Of a DNA stretch of 64,000 nucleotides, positions 1-7,483 are shown piece by piece. The stretch comes from an uncultured virus (IMG/VR IMGVR_UViG_3300033153_002864). Taxonomy: Duplodnaviria > Heunggongvirae > Uroviricota > Caudoviricetes. The notes beneath the pieces were generated by a model that was not told the origin of the DNA, ran no database searches, and saw only the letters and a program-made list of their open reading frames with translations. The DNA is taken from IMG/VR virus record IMGVR_UViG_3300033153_002864; one strand, 5' to 3'. How positions within the stretch are numbered: the first letter of the stretch is position 1; each line of letters opens with the position of its first letter. A program made the position numbers and the translations under genes.

Positions 1-53
1 CTAACATTTTGTATAGTGCATTGCTTATCGGTATTTTTATTTTCTTCTGTCAT
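1..53 (-). CDS. 5' part of a small cassette ORF (MTEENKNTDKQCTIQNV...), runs off the window; start codon lies inside attC-like site 1
   Basis: ATG at 53-51, open to the window edge; manual translation. Confidence 0.5.
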   Translation of the reverse strand, partial: MTEENKNTDKQCTIQNV

Positions 54-119
54 TATTCCTAATATTTAGTTATCAATTTACTTTAGTGTTCAACGCACCA
101 TACAAGGGGCGTTATAGGC
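1..119 (+). mobile_element. attC-like recombination site 1 (left end truncated)
   Basis: CTAAC at 1-5, inner inverted repeat 9-23/91-105 (2 mismatches that are G.T pairs on the bottom strand), GTTATAGGC at 111-119. Confidence 0.7.
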
Positions 120-130
120 AATAAAAATTA

Positions 131-307
131 CTACCTCTGCATATAATGTATGCGAACCATCTGTTCAAACAAACCAAGTAGCTTGTCGTTATCAATACTG
201 TAAATATCAATTTCATTCATATTTTCACCAAAGTATTTTCTATTTGCAAATCGCATACTACTTTGTTTTTTTATTTCTTCTATTCTGTCAATTATTTTCT
301 GTTTCAT
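131..307 (-). CDS. cassette-borne hypothetical protein, 58 aa (MKQKIIDRIEEIKKQSSMRF...)
   Basis: Manual translation ATG307 to TAG131; fills the space between attC-like sites 1 and 2. Confidence 0.7.
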   Translation of the reverse strand: MKQKIIDRIEEIKKQSSMRFANRKYFGENMNEIDIYSIDNDKLLGLFEQMVRIHYMQR

Positions 308-325
308 AATTCCGTAATTTTAAAA

Positions 326-421
326 GCCTATAACAAAGTATATAGTTAAAAGCCAAGTTAATATTGTTCTAAATTGAAAGTATCTGCAATGGCTTCTAAC
401 CATATACAAATCGTTATAAAC
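326..421 (+). mobile_element. attC-like recombination site 2
   Basis: GCCTATAAC 326-334, 18-bp inner inverted repeat 338-355/390-407 with 2 bottom-strand G.T pairs, GTTATAAAC 413-421. Confidence 0.75.
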
Positions 422-423
422 AA

Positions 424-651
424 TTAGCTTGGCTCGTTGTCTATCATTTCATTTGCTTTGTCGCAATCCATATCATTAACAGCATCAAACCAATATGTAA
501 CTGATTTTTTAAGCCGTTCAATTTCACTTTCTAAAAACTCTTTTTCTTTGTCAAAGTCTTTTAGTTCTATCTCAACAATTCCAAAAGTTCCCATACACAC
601 TTCATCGTGTATTAATTCCTTTACTCTTATACTTCTATTTGATAACTTCAT
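424..651 (-). CDS. cassette-borne hypothetical protein, 75 aa, acidic with short coiled coil
   Basis: ORF track; fills the space between attC-like sites 2 and 3. Confidence 0.7.
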   Translation of the reverse strand: MKLSNRSIRVKELIHDEVCMGTFGIVEIELKDFDKEKEFLESEIERLKKSVTYWFDAVNDMDCDKANEMIDNEPS

Positions 652-667
652 AATATTTATTTTAAAA

Positions 668-742
668 GTTTATAACACTCTGTCATATTGCATAATTTTT
701 CGTACCTCAAAATAACGGCAACATACAGTAACCGTTATAATG
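668..742 (+). mobile_element. attC-like recombination site 3
   Basis: GTTTATAAC 668-676; arms CTGTCATATTGC 680-691 / GCAACATACAG 718-728 with one unpaired C (extrahelical G on the bottom strand); GTT at 734. Confidence 0.7.
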
Positions 743-1154
743 TATTTGCTAGTTTATAAATAAGTCTAAGCAACTTTTTGTCTTTCTCAACTAATTCACC
801 ATCATTCCCAAGCTTTATAATTAAAGCCATTAGATGCTTTTTCTTTTCTTTCTTTGTTGGTGATTTTTTTACTTTTTCTTTGGTTGGTAATTTATCAGTC
901 AAATCCCATTCTATTACATTTCTTCCTGTAATAGAACATTTCTTAGAACCTTTTTCATAGATAACTCCCAAATCTCTCAATTCAGTAAACCTTGAACCTA
1001 TCCCAAACAAACTTGTATTTTTATTTCTTACCGCTTCAGAACTTGTGCATGGAGCATTTTCTAATAATGCTTCATATACTTCTAATCGTTTTTTCGACAA
1101 TAATCCTTCGGCTTTTATTTCATTGTAACAGTTAATAGATGTCTGTCTAGTCAT
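735..1154 (-). CDS. small winged-helix DNA-binding protein
   Basis: wHTH-like pattern (VYEALLENAPCTSSE...SRFTELRDLGVIYEKG...CSITGR) with a basic tail. Confidence 0.6.
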   Translation of the reverse strand: MTRQTSINCYNEIKAEGLLSKKRLEVYEALLENAPCTSSEAVRNKNTSLFGIGSRFTELRDLGVIYEKGSKKCSITGRNVIEWDLTDKLPTKEKVKKSPTKKEKKKHLMALIIKLGNDGELVEKDKKLLRLIYKLANTL

Positions 1155-1351
1155 ACCGTTACAATTCTACAATTAGCTTTAATCTCATTAATAGGTATTC
1201 TTACTCTTGAAGAATAATAACCTTGTTCACGATATTTGTCAATAAATCTTCCCAAAGCTTCCATAGCTTCTTTAGAATCTTTATATTCAGCATCTCTTTC
1301 AATAGGAAATCCATCAGGACTTAATACAATATATTTTATTTCTTTTGCCAT
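1151..1351 (-). CDS. hypothetical phage protein
   Basis: ORF track; ATGA overlap with the downstream gene. Confidence 0.65.
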   Translation of the reverse strand: MAKEIKYIVLSPDGFPIERDAEYKDSKEAMEALGRFIDKYREQGYYSSRVRIPINEIKANCRIVTV

Positions 1352-1383
1352 AATATTTATAGGTTTAATTAATATTTAATCAA

Positions 1384-1401
1384 GGAGCACCGAAGCGCTC
1401 C
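1384..1401 (-). terminator. RNA hairpin with cUUCGg tetraloop (hairpin family)
   Basis: Minus strand GGAGCGC-UUCG-GUGCUCC. Confidence 0.6.
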
Positions 1402-1406
1402 AATAA

Positions 1407-1562
1407 TTATAAGCAGTCAATAATTAACTGCTCAATCTTTTTGTTCATATCAATACGAACTCTGTTAACTACTGTTCGATTATGCATCCTATCTAATGTC
1501 ATATTCAGATAGTAACTAATCATATAGAAGTCCTCTTTAGCCTTGGTGAAGGTTTTAATCAT
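1407..1562 (-). CDS. hypothetical protein, 51 aa (MIKTFTKAKEDFYMISYY...)
   Basis: Manual translation; fills the gap between two hairpins. Confidence 0.5.
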   Translation of the reverse strand: MIKTFTKAKEDFYMISYYLNMTLDRMHNRTVVNRVRIDMNKKIEQLIIDCL

Positions 1563-1574
1563 ATTATAAATTTA

Positions 1575-1616
1575 AGAAAATAAAAAAGAGTAGCCTACAA
1601 TAATGTAGACTACTCT
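1575..1616 (-). terminator. intrinsic terminator
   Basis: 13-bp stem 1587-1616 followed by a U-tract on the minus strand, just after the 1631 stop. Confidence 0.7.
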
Positions 1617-1630
1617 GTATTTTTAATACA

Positions 1631-2068
1631 TTAATTTAAACTTGCTCTATACTCCAATGATGTCGTAAACTTATACCTGTCATTAGGTACTGGAGATAAG
1701 GTCGCGTGTTTTCCATTGTTCTTATTGAAATCAATATCTACATACTCAATAAATGTACCTGGATTCCCTGATTTAACATGAATAACCTTGTTCGGACCAC
1801 TAGCTCCAACAAATACTATCTGGTATTCTATGTTAGTAGACAGTTTTAATGAATATCGATTTTTATTTCTTTTCTGCTTCACTTGTTCCCAAGCTTCATC
1901 ATCTTCACTTTGAGCATACAAGTAAATGTCTGCAGTATAATCATTAACAATGTGACCTTTAACTTTAAGATAGTTTGTATTTGTTTGGGCTGAGCAACTG
2001 CCTATCATAATAGCTCCCAATATTAGTATTACACTAAGTATTGCCATAAAAGATTTTGCACTTTTCAT
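1631..2068 (-). CDS. exported protein / putative lipoprotein with beta-rich domain
   Basis: N-terminal hydrophobic signal ending MIGSC. Confidence 0.6.
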   Translation of the reverse strand: MKSAKSFMAILSVILILGAIMIGSCSAQTNTNYLKVKGHIVNDYTADIYLYAQSEDDEAWEQVKQKRNKNRYSLKLSTNIEYQIVFVGASGPNKVIHVKSGNPGTFIEYVDIDFNKNNGKHATLSPVPNDRYKFTTSLEYRASLN

Positions 2069-2131
2069 AATAAATAAGTTTTAGTTAATAATAAATTCAA
2101 AGAGCCGTTAAGCTCCTTGAAGTATGTTGCA

Positions 2132-2467
2132 CTACAATCTTACTCGATTTATTCCATCTCCGAATATATCTGAAGCTCGAAGTACTACACCATTCCAATT
2201 TAACATTAGATAATTGCCTCTAACAAAGGGTTTCACCCATAGGCAAATGTTCTTCTCTTTTGGGTTAAAGAAATTACTAGAGAGATTAATACGAACCCTT
2301 TTAATATAGTGTCCTTCCATCTCAATCATTGTGTTACCTCTGTTACCAAGCCTTTCAACTAGGTTATTCATTAATTCTCGACCTACTGAGGTCTTGGTCA
2401 TTTTCTCCTTGGTGCTTTCCATGGATTTAATACCCTTTTCCGATAATAATTGTGCTAATCGTGTCAT
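2132..2467 (-). CDS. hypothetical protein
   Basis: ORF track, co-oriented with neighbours. Confidence 0.6.
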   Translation of the reverse strand: MTRLAQLLSEKGIKSMESTKEKMTKTSVGRELMNNLVERLGNRGNTMIEMEGHYIKRVRINLSSNFFNPKEKNICLWVKPFVRGNYLMLNWNGVVLRASDIFGDGINRVRL

Positions 2468-2530
2468 TTTCCTTGATTTAAGTGAATAAATAATTTGTTA
2501 TGATTCCTGCAGAATATGTATATAATAAAA

Positions 2531-2809
2531 TTAAGGCTTATATAACCCTTGAATATGATTGTGAACATCAGTAAGTAGAAACGGATCATTAATGATGTGC
2601 TTAATAGTCCAAACATCTACTCTATGATAGTACTTCCAAGCTTTTATCTTGAATCTTATAGAATAAAGCATTTCACGCTCATTGTCCTTCTTATTTAAGC
2701 TATTTATGTAGCTATTTAAAGAATAGTTCCAGTCTGAAACTAATGCATTGACATAAAGCACGCGAAGAATCAGCAAAAACAAACAAATAAATAATATAAT
2801 GTAATTCAT
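2531..2809 (-). CDS. hypothetical membrane-anchored protein
   Basis: N-terminal TM helix. Confidence 0.55.
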   Translation of the reverse strand: MNYIILFICLFLLILRVLYVNALVSDWNYSLNSYINSLNKKDNEREMLYSIRFKIKAWKYYHRVDVWTIKHIINDPFLLTDVHNHIQGLYKP

Positions 2810-2894
2810 CTCTATTGTATTAAATTAATAAAAGGTAGTTCGAGTCTTTCCTCACTCTTAACTACTATTAAACAACATACTCGAAGTATGTTTG

Positions 2895-2937
2895 TAAAAA
2901 ATAAGCCAACCTACGTTCTTACGTAAGTTGACTTATT
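2895..2937 (-). terminator. intrinsic terminator
   Basis: 17-bp stem 2900-2937 with G.U pairs and a U-tract, after the 2945 stop. Confidence 0.7.
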
Positions 2938-2944
2938 GTTTGTA

Positions 2945-3541
2945 TTATAGCTTAGGCTCATTGATTGATACAAGACGTTGGAATCCTCTGTCTTTATCCA
3001 TCTTTGTTTCCAAATAGAATACCTCTCCAGCAAATCCCTGCAATGCAGTAATTAACTTAGCAATGTATTCAGTTGGGTTGGTAAATCTTATAGCAATTCT
3101 AGAGTTATTATCATCATCAGCCCAAATAAATGTAACATCTTCTCCATTAGCCTCTTTAATCTCAGCTAATTCTTCATTAGTAGTAAATACTATTGGTTGA
3201 CCATCAGCTCCTACTACGTATTCAACAGGATTACCCAATTGAGCAAATAATGCTTTAGCTGCCTCATTCTTAGAGTGTTTAGCGATGTAAACTACTTTAC
3301 CAAATACTCTTAAAAACCTAGCACCTTCAGATAAACTAATGTATTCATCATGACCTGCTGTATCATCAGTTGGAGCAGCATTGCTACTAAAACTAATCTT
3401 TGCACAATCATTACCTTTCTTAGATAAGTGTGCTGTTACTGATTTAATAGTAGCTAAACCATTTTCCATTGTAACTTTAACTGAATCAGAAGTGTTAGCT
3501 ATTGCTCCTGCTCCTGAAAATAATGCGTTTAAATCTTTCAT
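2945..3541 (-). CDS. hypothetical early protein, possibly OB-fold/SSB-like
   Basis: ORF track; SKKGNDCAKISF resembles DUF669-type SSB hairpins (weak). Confidence 0.6.
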   Translation of the reverse strand: MKDLNALFSGAGAIANTSDSVKVTMENGLATIKSVTAHLSKKGNDCAKISFSSNAAPTDDTAGHDEYISLSEGARFLRVFGKVVYIAKHSKNEAAKALFAQLGNPVEYVVGADGQPIVFTTNEELAEIKEANGEDVTFIWADDDNNSRIAIRFTNPTEYIAKLITALQGFAGEVFYLETKMDKDRGFQRLVSINEPKL

Positions 3542-3636
3542 CTTATTGTATTTTGTATAAGTTTATTTATTAGGTTAATCCCAATAAATTCAAATAGCCA
3601 CAAAGCACTCAAGCTTAATGACTATTTGATATTACA

Positions 3637-3765
3637 CTATACTATTTCTAATGAATATTCGTGAATAGCATCCAACTCATCAAGAGTTAAATCACTATCA
3701 ATTAAATATTGTTGGTATTCTGCATCTCCAATGTTTTCTATTAATTCATCTACGCTTACTATCAT
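3637..3765 (-). CDS. very acidic 42-aa protein
   Basis: Manual translation MIVSVDELIENIGDAEYQQYLIDSDLTLDELDAIHEYSLEIV; 12 D/E, no K/R. Confidence 0.6.
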   Translation of the reverse strand: MIVSVDELIENIGDAEYQQYLIDSDLTLDELDAIHEYSLEIV

Positions 3766-3800
3766 AACTTTATGTATTTATGGGTTAATATCAAAGAGCA

Positions 3801-4007
3801 TTAAAGCTCCTTGATTGAATACCAGTCAACATCATTCTGCTTAACAATAGCACGTAAAACTAAATGATATGTACATTGCTCCCAAGCATCTTTAAACCCT
3901 AAATGTTTAAATGTTTCAGCTATCTGTATCTTCCTATCATCACTACTGTTACCATTGAACTCCATCATCAATGCTTTGACTATTGAATTAGCTACTTCTG
4001 TTCTCAT
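3801..4007 (-). CDS. hypothetical protein, first gene of the leftward block
   Basis: ORF track. Confidence 0.6.
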   Translation of the reverse strand: MRTEVANSIVKALMMEFNGNSSDDRKIQIAETFKHLGFKDAWEQCTYHLVLRAIVKQNDVDWYSIKEL

Positions 4008-4168
4008 AATTATATGTATTAGGTGAATAATAAACTCCCTGCACTACCATAAGGAGATGACATCATTTACGTAGAACCACAAAGGGCTGATGACAATGTT
4101 ATACTACTCTAACGAATCAATCGTATTCATATAACAAATAGCCTAAAAGAACTCGTGTATCTATATCC

Positions 4169-4319
4169 TTATTTAGAATCATTCTAAATAACATAATACT
4201 CCACACTATTTAGACTCATTCTAAATAACAACTATACTCTATTTAGAATCATTATAAATAAGCTCATAATATACATAACATCAGTACATTACAACACTAT
4301 TTAGAACCATTCTAAATAA
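4169..4319. repeat. four 23-bp palindromes YTATTTAGAATCATTCTAAATAA (putative Fur boxes)
   Basis: Copies at 4169-4191, 4206-4228, 4239-4261, 4297-4319; 11-1-11 dyad symmetry. Confidence 0.85.
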
Positions 4320-4766
4320 GATATACTTGCAACTGTCCTAAATATTCCCGAACTTCGTACACATACAATACGGATAACACGTATAGCACACACACACATC
4401 ATCATCATATAAGCAACACACAAGACATAACGCTTGTAAGCTTAATCAATCACATTAAATAGATTAAAACAGTCTCTTGCTGCTCTACGTAAGTAGTTAA
4501 AACAATACGAAACGTATTCAAATAGCAATAAAGAACTAGGATTTGCTTTGATTTTGAATCCTAATTTCATTTTAATGGGGGGTATGTTTCCAATTTGATA
4601 AGGGTATGGGGGTTGATAGTAGATAGTCTTCTCTTCCTTCACTTTCACTAATAGTATTTGAGGTACGGGTAGTACGTATAGGTACGGAAGGGGGGCTTGG
4701 TTATAGTTGTGTTTAGGGGTAGGGGTTCGATTAACGGGCTTTTATATAATTAATAAATAATATATT

Positions 4767-5000
4767 ATGAAGAGAAGGAAAATGTTAATGATGGTAATGG
4801 CTGTGTCTTTGGTTGCAGTTGGTTGTACTAAGAGTGAGGAGTATGGATGTACTTGTACTCATACTTATTTGAATGGTGGTGGGGTAGATCCTACACTGTC
4901 TTTTGTAACTGCTAAAAATCGTGATGAAGCTGCGGAGGAGTGTGCTAGTCGTTCTAATGTAGATAGTTCTAATATTACTCATTCGTGTAGTTTAGATTAG
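4767..5000 (+). CDS. small Cys-rich lipoprotein
   Basis: Basic N-terminus, hydrophobic core, lipobox-like AVGC; 4 further Cys. Confidence 0.7.
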   Translation: MKRRKMLMMVMAVSLVAVGCTKSEEYGCTCTHTYLNGGGVDPTLSFVTAKNRDEAAEECASRSNVDSSNITHSCSLD

Positions 5001-5059
5001 CACATTAAATAATATCGTTATATTTGATTTCTTATTATATTAATTTAAAATAGATAATT

Positions 5060-5323
5060 ATGTCAAGAAATAAAAATGCTGTATCAAAAGCTGCTGCGAG
5101 GTCAGCAAAGTCAGTTAGTAAGAAAGGTGGGGTAACGACTACTACGAAGACTAGTAGATCAGGTAAAACGACTATAACTAAGAAAGGTCCTAATATTAAT
5201 ATGAAGCAAACTACCAAGGGTAATAAGCAGAAGGTTAAAGGAACTGTAAGTACTAAAAACAAGAAGTATAGTGTTAACAGTAAAGGAACTGTAGCATCTA
5301 AACCAAAAAGAAGAACGTATTAA
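5060..5323 (+). CDS. small Lys/Thr/Ser-rich basic protein
   Basis: Composition; TATATTTG element at 5019-5026 upstream. Confidence 0.65.
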   Translation: MSRNKNAVSKAAARSAKSVSKKGGVTTTTKTSRSGKTTITKKGPNINMKQTTKGNKQKVKGTVSTKNKKYSVNSKGTVASKPKRRTY

Positions 5324-5376
5324 TATATTTGGATTAAGAATATCATTTGTAATTATTTAACTACATTTGCTGACCA

Positions 5377-5721
5377 ATGAAAATGAACAAGAAAATATCA
5401 AGAAGAATAGTTTCGGCTATTTGTGCTATCCTAGTTGGTGGTATAGGATTTTTTTCTGGTGCTACCTTGGAAAAGGATAGTCACGTAGTTGAGAGGAGAA
5501 CTTTACTTGATTCATTAGATACTACTCAGGCAATAGTTGATGATTACGAACACACTGCCAATTACCAGGCTATGTTTAATTACAAAGCTAAAGAGGTTAC
5601 TGCCAACTGTAACAAGTGCGGCCCTCGTCTAACCGACATTCAATCGATGTTGGATTCCATAAAGGAAGTAAAAGGAGAGTTGGTGGTGCCAAAGTACCCT
5701 GGTTGGTCGGCACTTGAATGA
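5377..5721 (+). CDS. membrane-anchored hypothetical protein with CxxC
   Basis: N-terminal TM; TACATTTG at 5362-5369. Confidence 0.6.
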   Translation: MKMNKKISRRIVSAICAILVGGIGFFSGATLEKDSHVVERRTLLDSLDTTQAIVDDYEHTANYQAMFNYKAKEVTANCNKCGPRLTDIQSMLDSIKEVKGELVVPKYPGWSALE

Positions 5722-5795
5722 CAGGTAAGTTCGCAGCCAACGAAAGAAACCTTTAATCTTAGTAATTTTCGCAAAAAATATTCTAAGATAAATTA

Positions 5796-5835
5796 AAATC
5801 CCCTGAAAGTGGTTGAGACCTGCAGGGGATTTTTT
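5796..5835. terminator. bidirectional terminator between convergent blocks
   Basis: AAAATCCCCTG...CAGGGGATTTTTT. Confidence 0.7.
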
Positions 5836-5873
5836 AGTAGTTGGTATTAGTGAATTTATTATTAACTACTCTA

Positions 5874-6209
5874 TCATGCTTTATTTTGTCCTTCGACATT
5901 TCTTCTATTTCTATCAGCTGTTCTTGCGTACTGCCAATGTAGAGCTTCTTCAATCTTTGTAATAGTTAAAGCATTCTCCCTACATGGAAATGCTTCATTC
6001 AAACTCTGGAACAAACATTTAGTGTAGTTTAAAATATCTACTGCTTGTAATCCATTCACTCCAACCTCTCCGATGGGATCTGATTGTACTTTAAATGATA
6101 CAATAGGAGCAACTCCTTTCTCATCTGCGATATTTTCTAATCCAATGAAGTCTATTACTTCTGGGTGTGTTTCTTTTAACTTTTCAAATGCTTTTTCTAC
6201 GTGTCTCAT
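5874..6209 (-). CDS. Tad1-like (Acb2/Tad1 family) immune-signal sponge protein
   Basis: FPCRENALTITKIEEALHW..R..DR..RNVEG.NK matches the Tad1 C-terminal signature (SRENACALTHVEEALMW..R..DR..RNVLGTN) as recalled. Confidence 0.75.
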   Translation of the reverse strand: MRHVEKAFEKLKETHPEVIDFIGLENIADEKGVAPIVSFKVQSDPIGEVGVNGLQAVDILNYTKCLFQSLNEAFPCRENALTITKIEEALHWQYARTADRNRRNVEGQNKA

Positions 6210-6271
6210 TTTATCTTTCTTTAAATTATTTAGATTCGACCTTAATGGTCTTTGTTTTTACTACTTATTTA

Positions 6272-6568
6272 TTAAGAGCTCCAATCATCTTTTAGTTCTA
6301 CTTTAATTGTTTTTGGTGCTATAGGTGCTTTTGGTAATGGCATCCAATGGGTAATCTTATAATCCTCATAAGGTTCCATTTCACGAGTTGCAAACCAATG
6401 TGCTTCTTTATCGTGAAGGTGACCACTATCCTCTTTACTATTGGGATCTATTACCCTTTCCCATCTTTGTACACTTGCTTCATAATCATTAAAGAATCCT
6501 TGTCCAGTTACAAATACTGTAACTCCTGGTTCCGGAAGTTCGTCTTCTACGCTTATCCAATTTTTCAT
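6272..6568 (-). CDS. DUF551-family protein
   Basis: WISVEDELPE ... ITHWMPLP signature. Confidence 0.85.
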   Translation of the reverse strand: MKNWISVEDELPEPGVTVFVTGQGFFNDYEASVQRWERVIDPNSKEDSGHLHDKEAHWFATREMEPYEDYKITHWMPLPKAPIAPKTIKVELKDDWSS

Positions 6569-6573
6569 AAATA

Positions 6574-7020
6574 TTATTTTTTAATTCTATATATTAATTC
6601 AAATGTTACTGAGAACATTGTTTTTATTATGATGAAAGCTATTAATTTATAATACCAATCCTCTTGTCCATTAACTGATATTGTCAATGCTATAATTAAT
6701 TGCCAAGTAGAATAAAATAAGAATTGAGCTAAATGCCAACCATCAGTAAGAAATACAAATATTGTTGTTGAGAAAGGAAATCTTTCTGCATGTTTTGGTG
6801 CGAATCCAAAGTGATACCATTTTGGTATATAACGATAAAGGGTAAATTTCTTATCAGTTATATTGCTAGGTGTCCATGGTATGGTTTTATACTTTCTCCA
6901 CCAACCATCATTCTTATTCCAATAGTCAGAGTTAAACTTTCCTTCGCTACTCCAATCCATCAATACATTTAGTGGGGCAAGTAGTAAGATAAGTATTGCT
7001 ATTATAACAATCATCTCCAT
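6574..7020 (-). CDS. multi-pass membrane protein
   Basis: Several TM segments, FLTDGWHL motif. Confidence 0.65.
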   Translation of the reverse strand: MEMIVIIAILILLLAPLNVLMDWSSEGKFNSDYWNKNDGWWRKYKTIPWTPSNITDKKFTLYRYIPKWYHFGFAPKHAERFPFSTTIFVFLTDGWHLAQFLFYSTWQLIIALTISVNGQEDWYYKLIAFIIIKTMFSVTFELIYRIKK

Positions 7021-7223
7021 ATCCCTTTATAGTTCATCCAAGCTCCAAATGGAACTAGAACAATACCAATGAATAGAAATACTAAAGCAAGCCACCATTC
7101 GCTGCTCTCTCTGACTATTTCAAATATTAAAACTATAATTGTCATCAGTATTAGCACTAATGAAGTGTTCTTGTATTTCTTTCTAAAAAAATACGCTGTA
7201 AATGTTTCGTTTTCTTTTTTCAT
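7011..7223 (-). CDS. small 2-TM membrane protein
   Basis: Two hydrophobic segments; overlaps neighbours. Confidence 0.6.
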   Translation of the reverse strand: MKKENETFTAYFFRKKYKNTSLVLILMTIIVLIFEIVRESSEWWLALVFLFIGIVLVPFGAWMNYKGIWR

Positions 7224-7483
7224 AATTTATTTGTTTTTACGTTTATGTTCAGGGTATCTAACCCCTTTTGATTATTAATACTTAAAACTAATTGCTCTCT
7301 TGCTATATTTAAGGCCTTTTGTATTCTATTTAATTTATGAAATCCTTTTGAGTTTGGCTTTATTCTTTGTATTACCTTGCCACTAAAACAATCCCTCCAT
7401 TCAATTAATACAATGCCAGTTTTATCATCCGTAGTGATGATTACCTTGCTATCATCTAAAGAATCTTTCTTACTTAATTTCAT
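7220..7483 (-). CDS. hypothetical protein
   Basis: ATGA-coupled operon. Confidence 0.6.
   Translation of the reverse strand: MKLSKKDSLDDSKVIITTDDKTGIVLIEWRDCFSGKVIQRIKPNSKGFHKLNRIQKALNIAREQLVLSINNQKGLDTLNINVKTNKL

Noticed and set aside
4169..4319. CRISPR mini-array
   Set aside because: Spacers of 14, 10 and 35 bp are too short and uneven; repeats are full dyads typical of operators; no cas genes seen.
4442..4648. 68-aa minus-strand ORF
   Set aside because: Lies in the G-tract non-coding region with atypical composition; probably spurious.
5615..5760. Possible tRNA/ncRNA in a GC-richer stretch
   Set aside because: No cloverleaf or T-loop could be built, and most of it lies within ORF 5377-5721.
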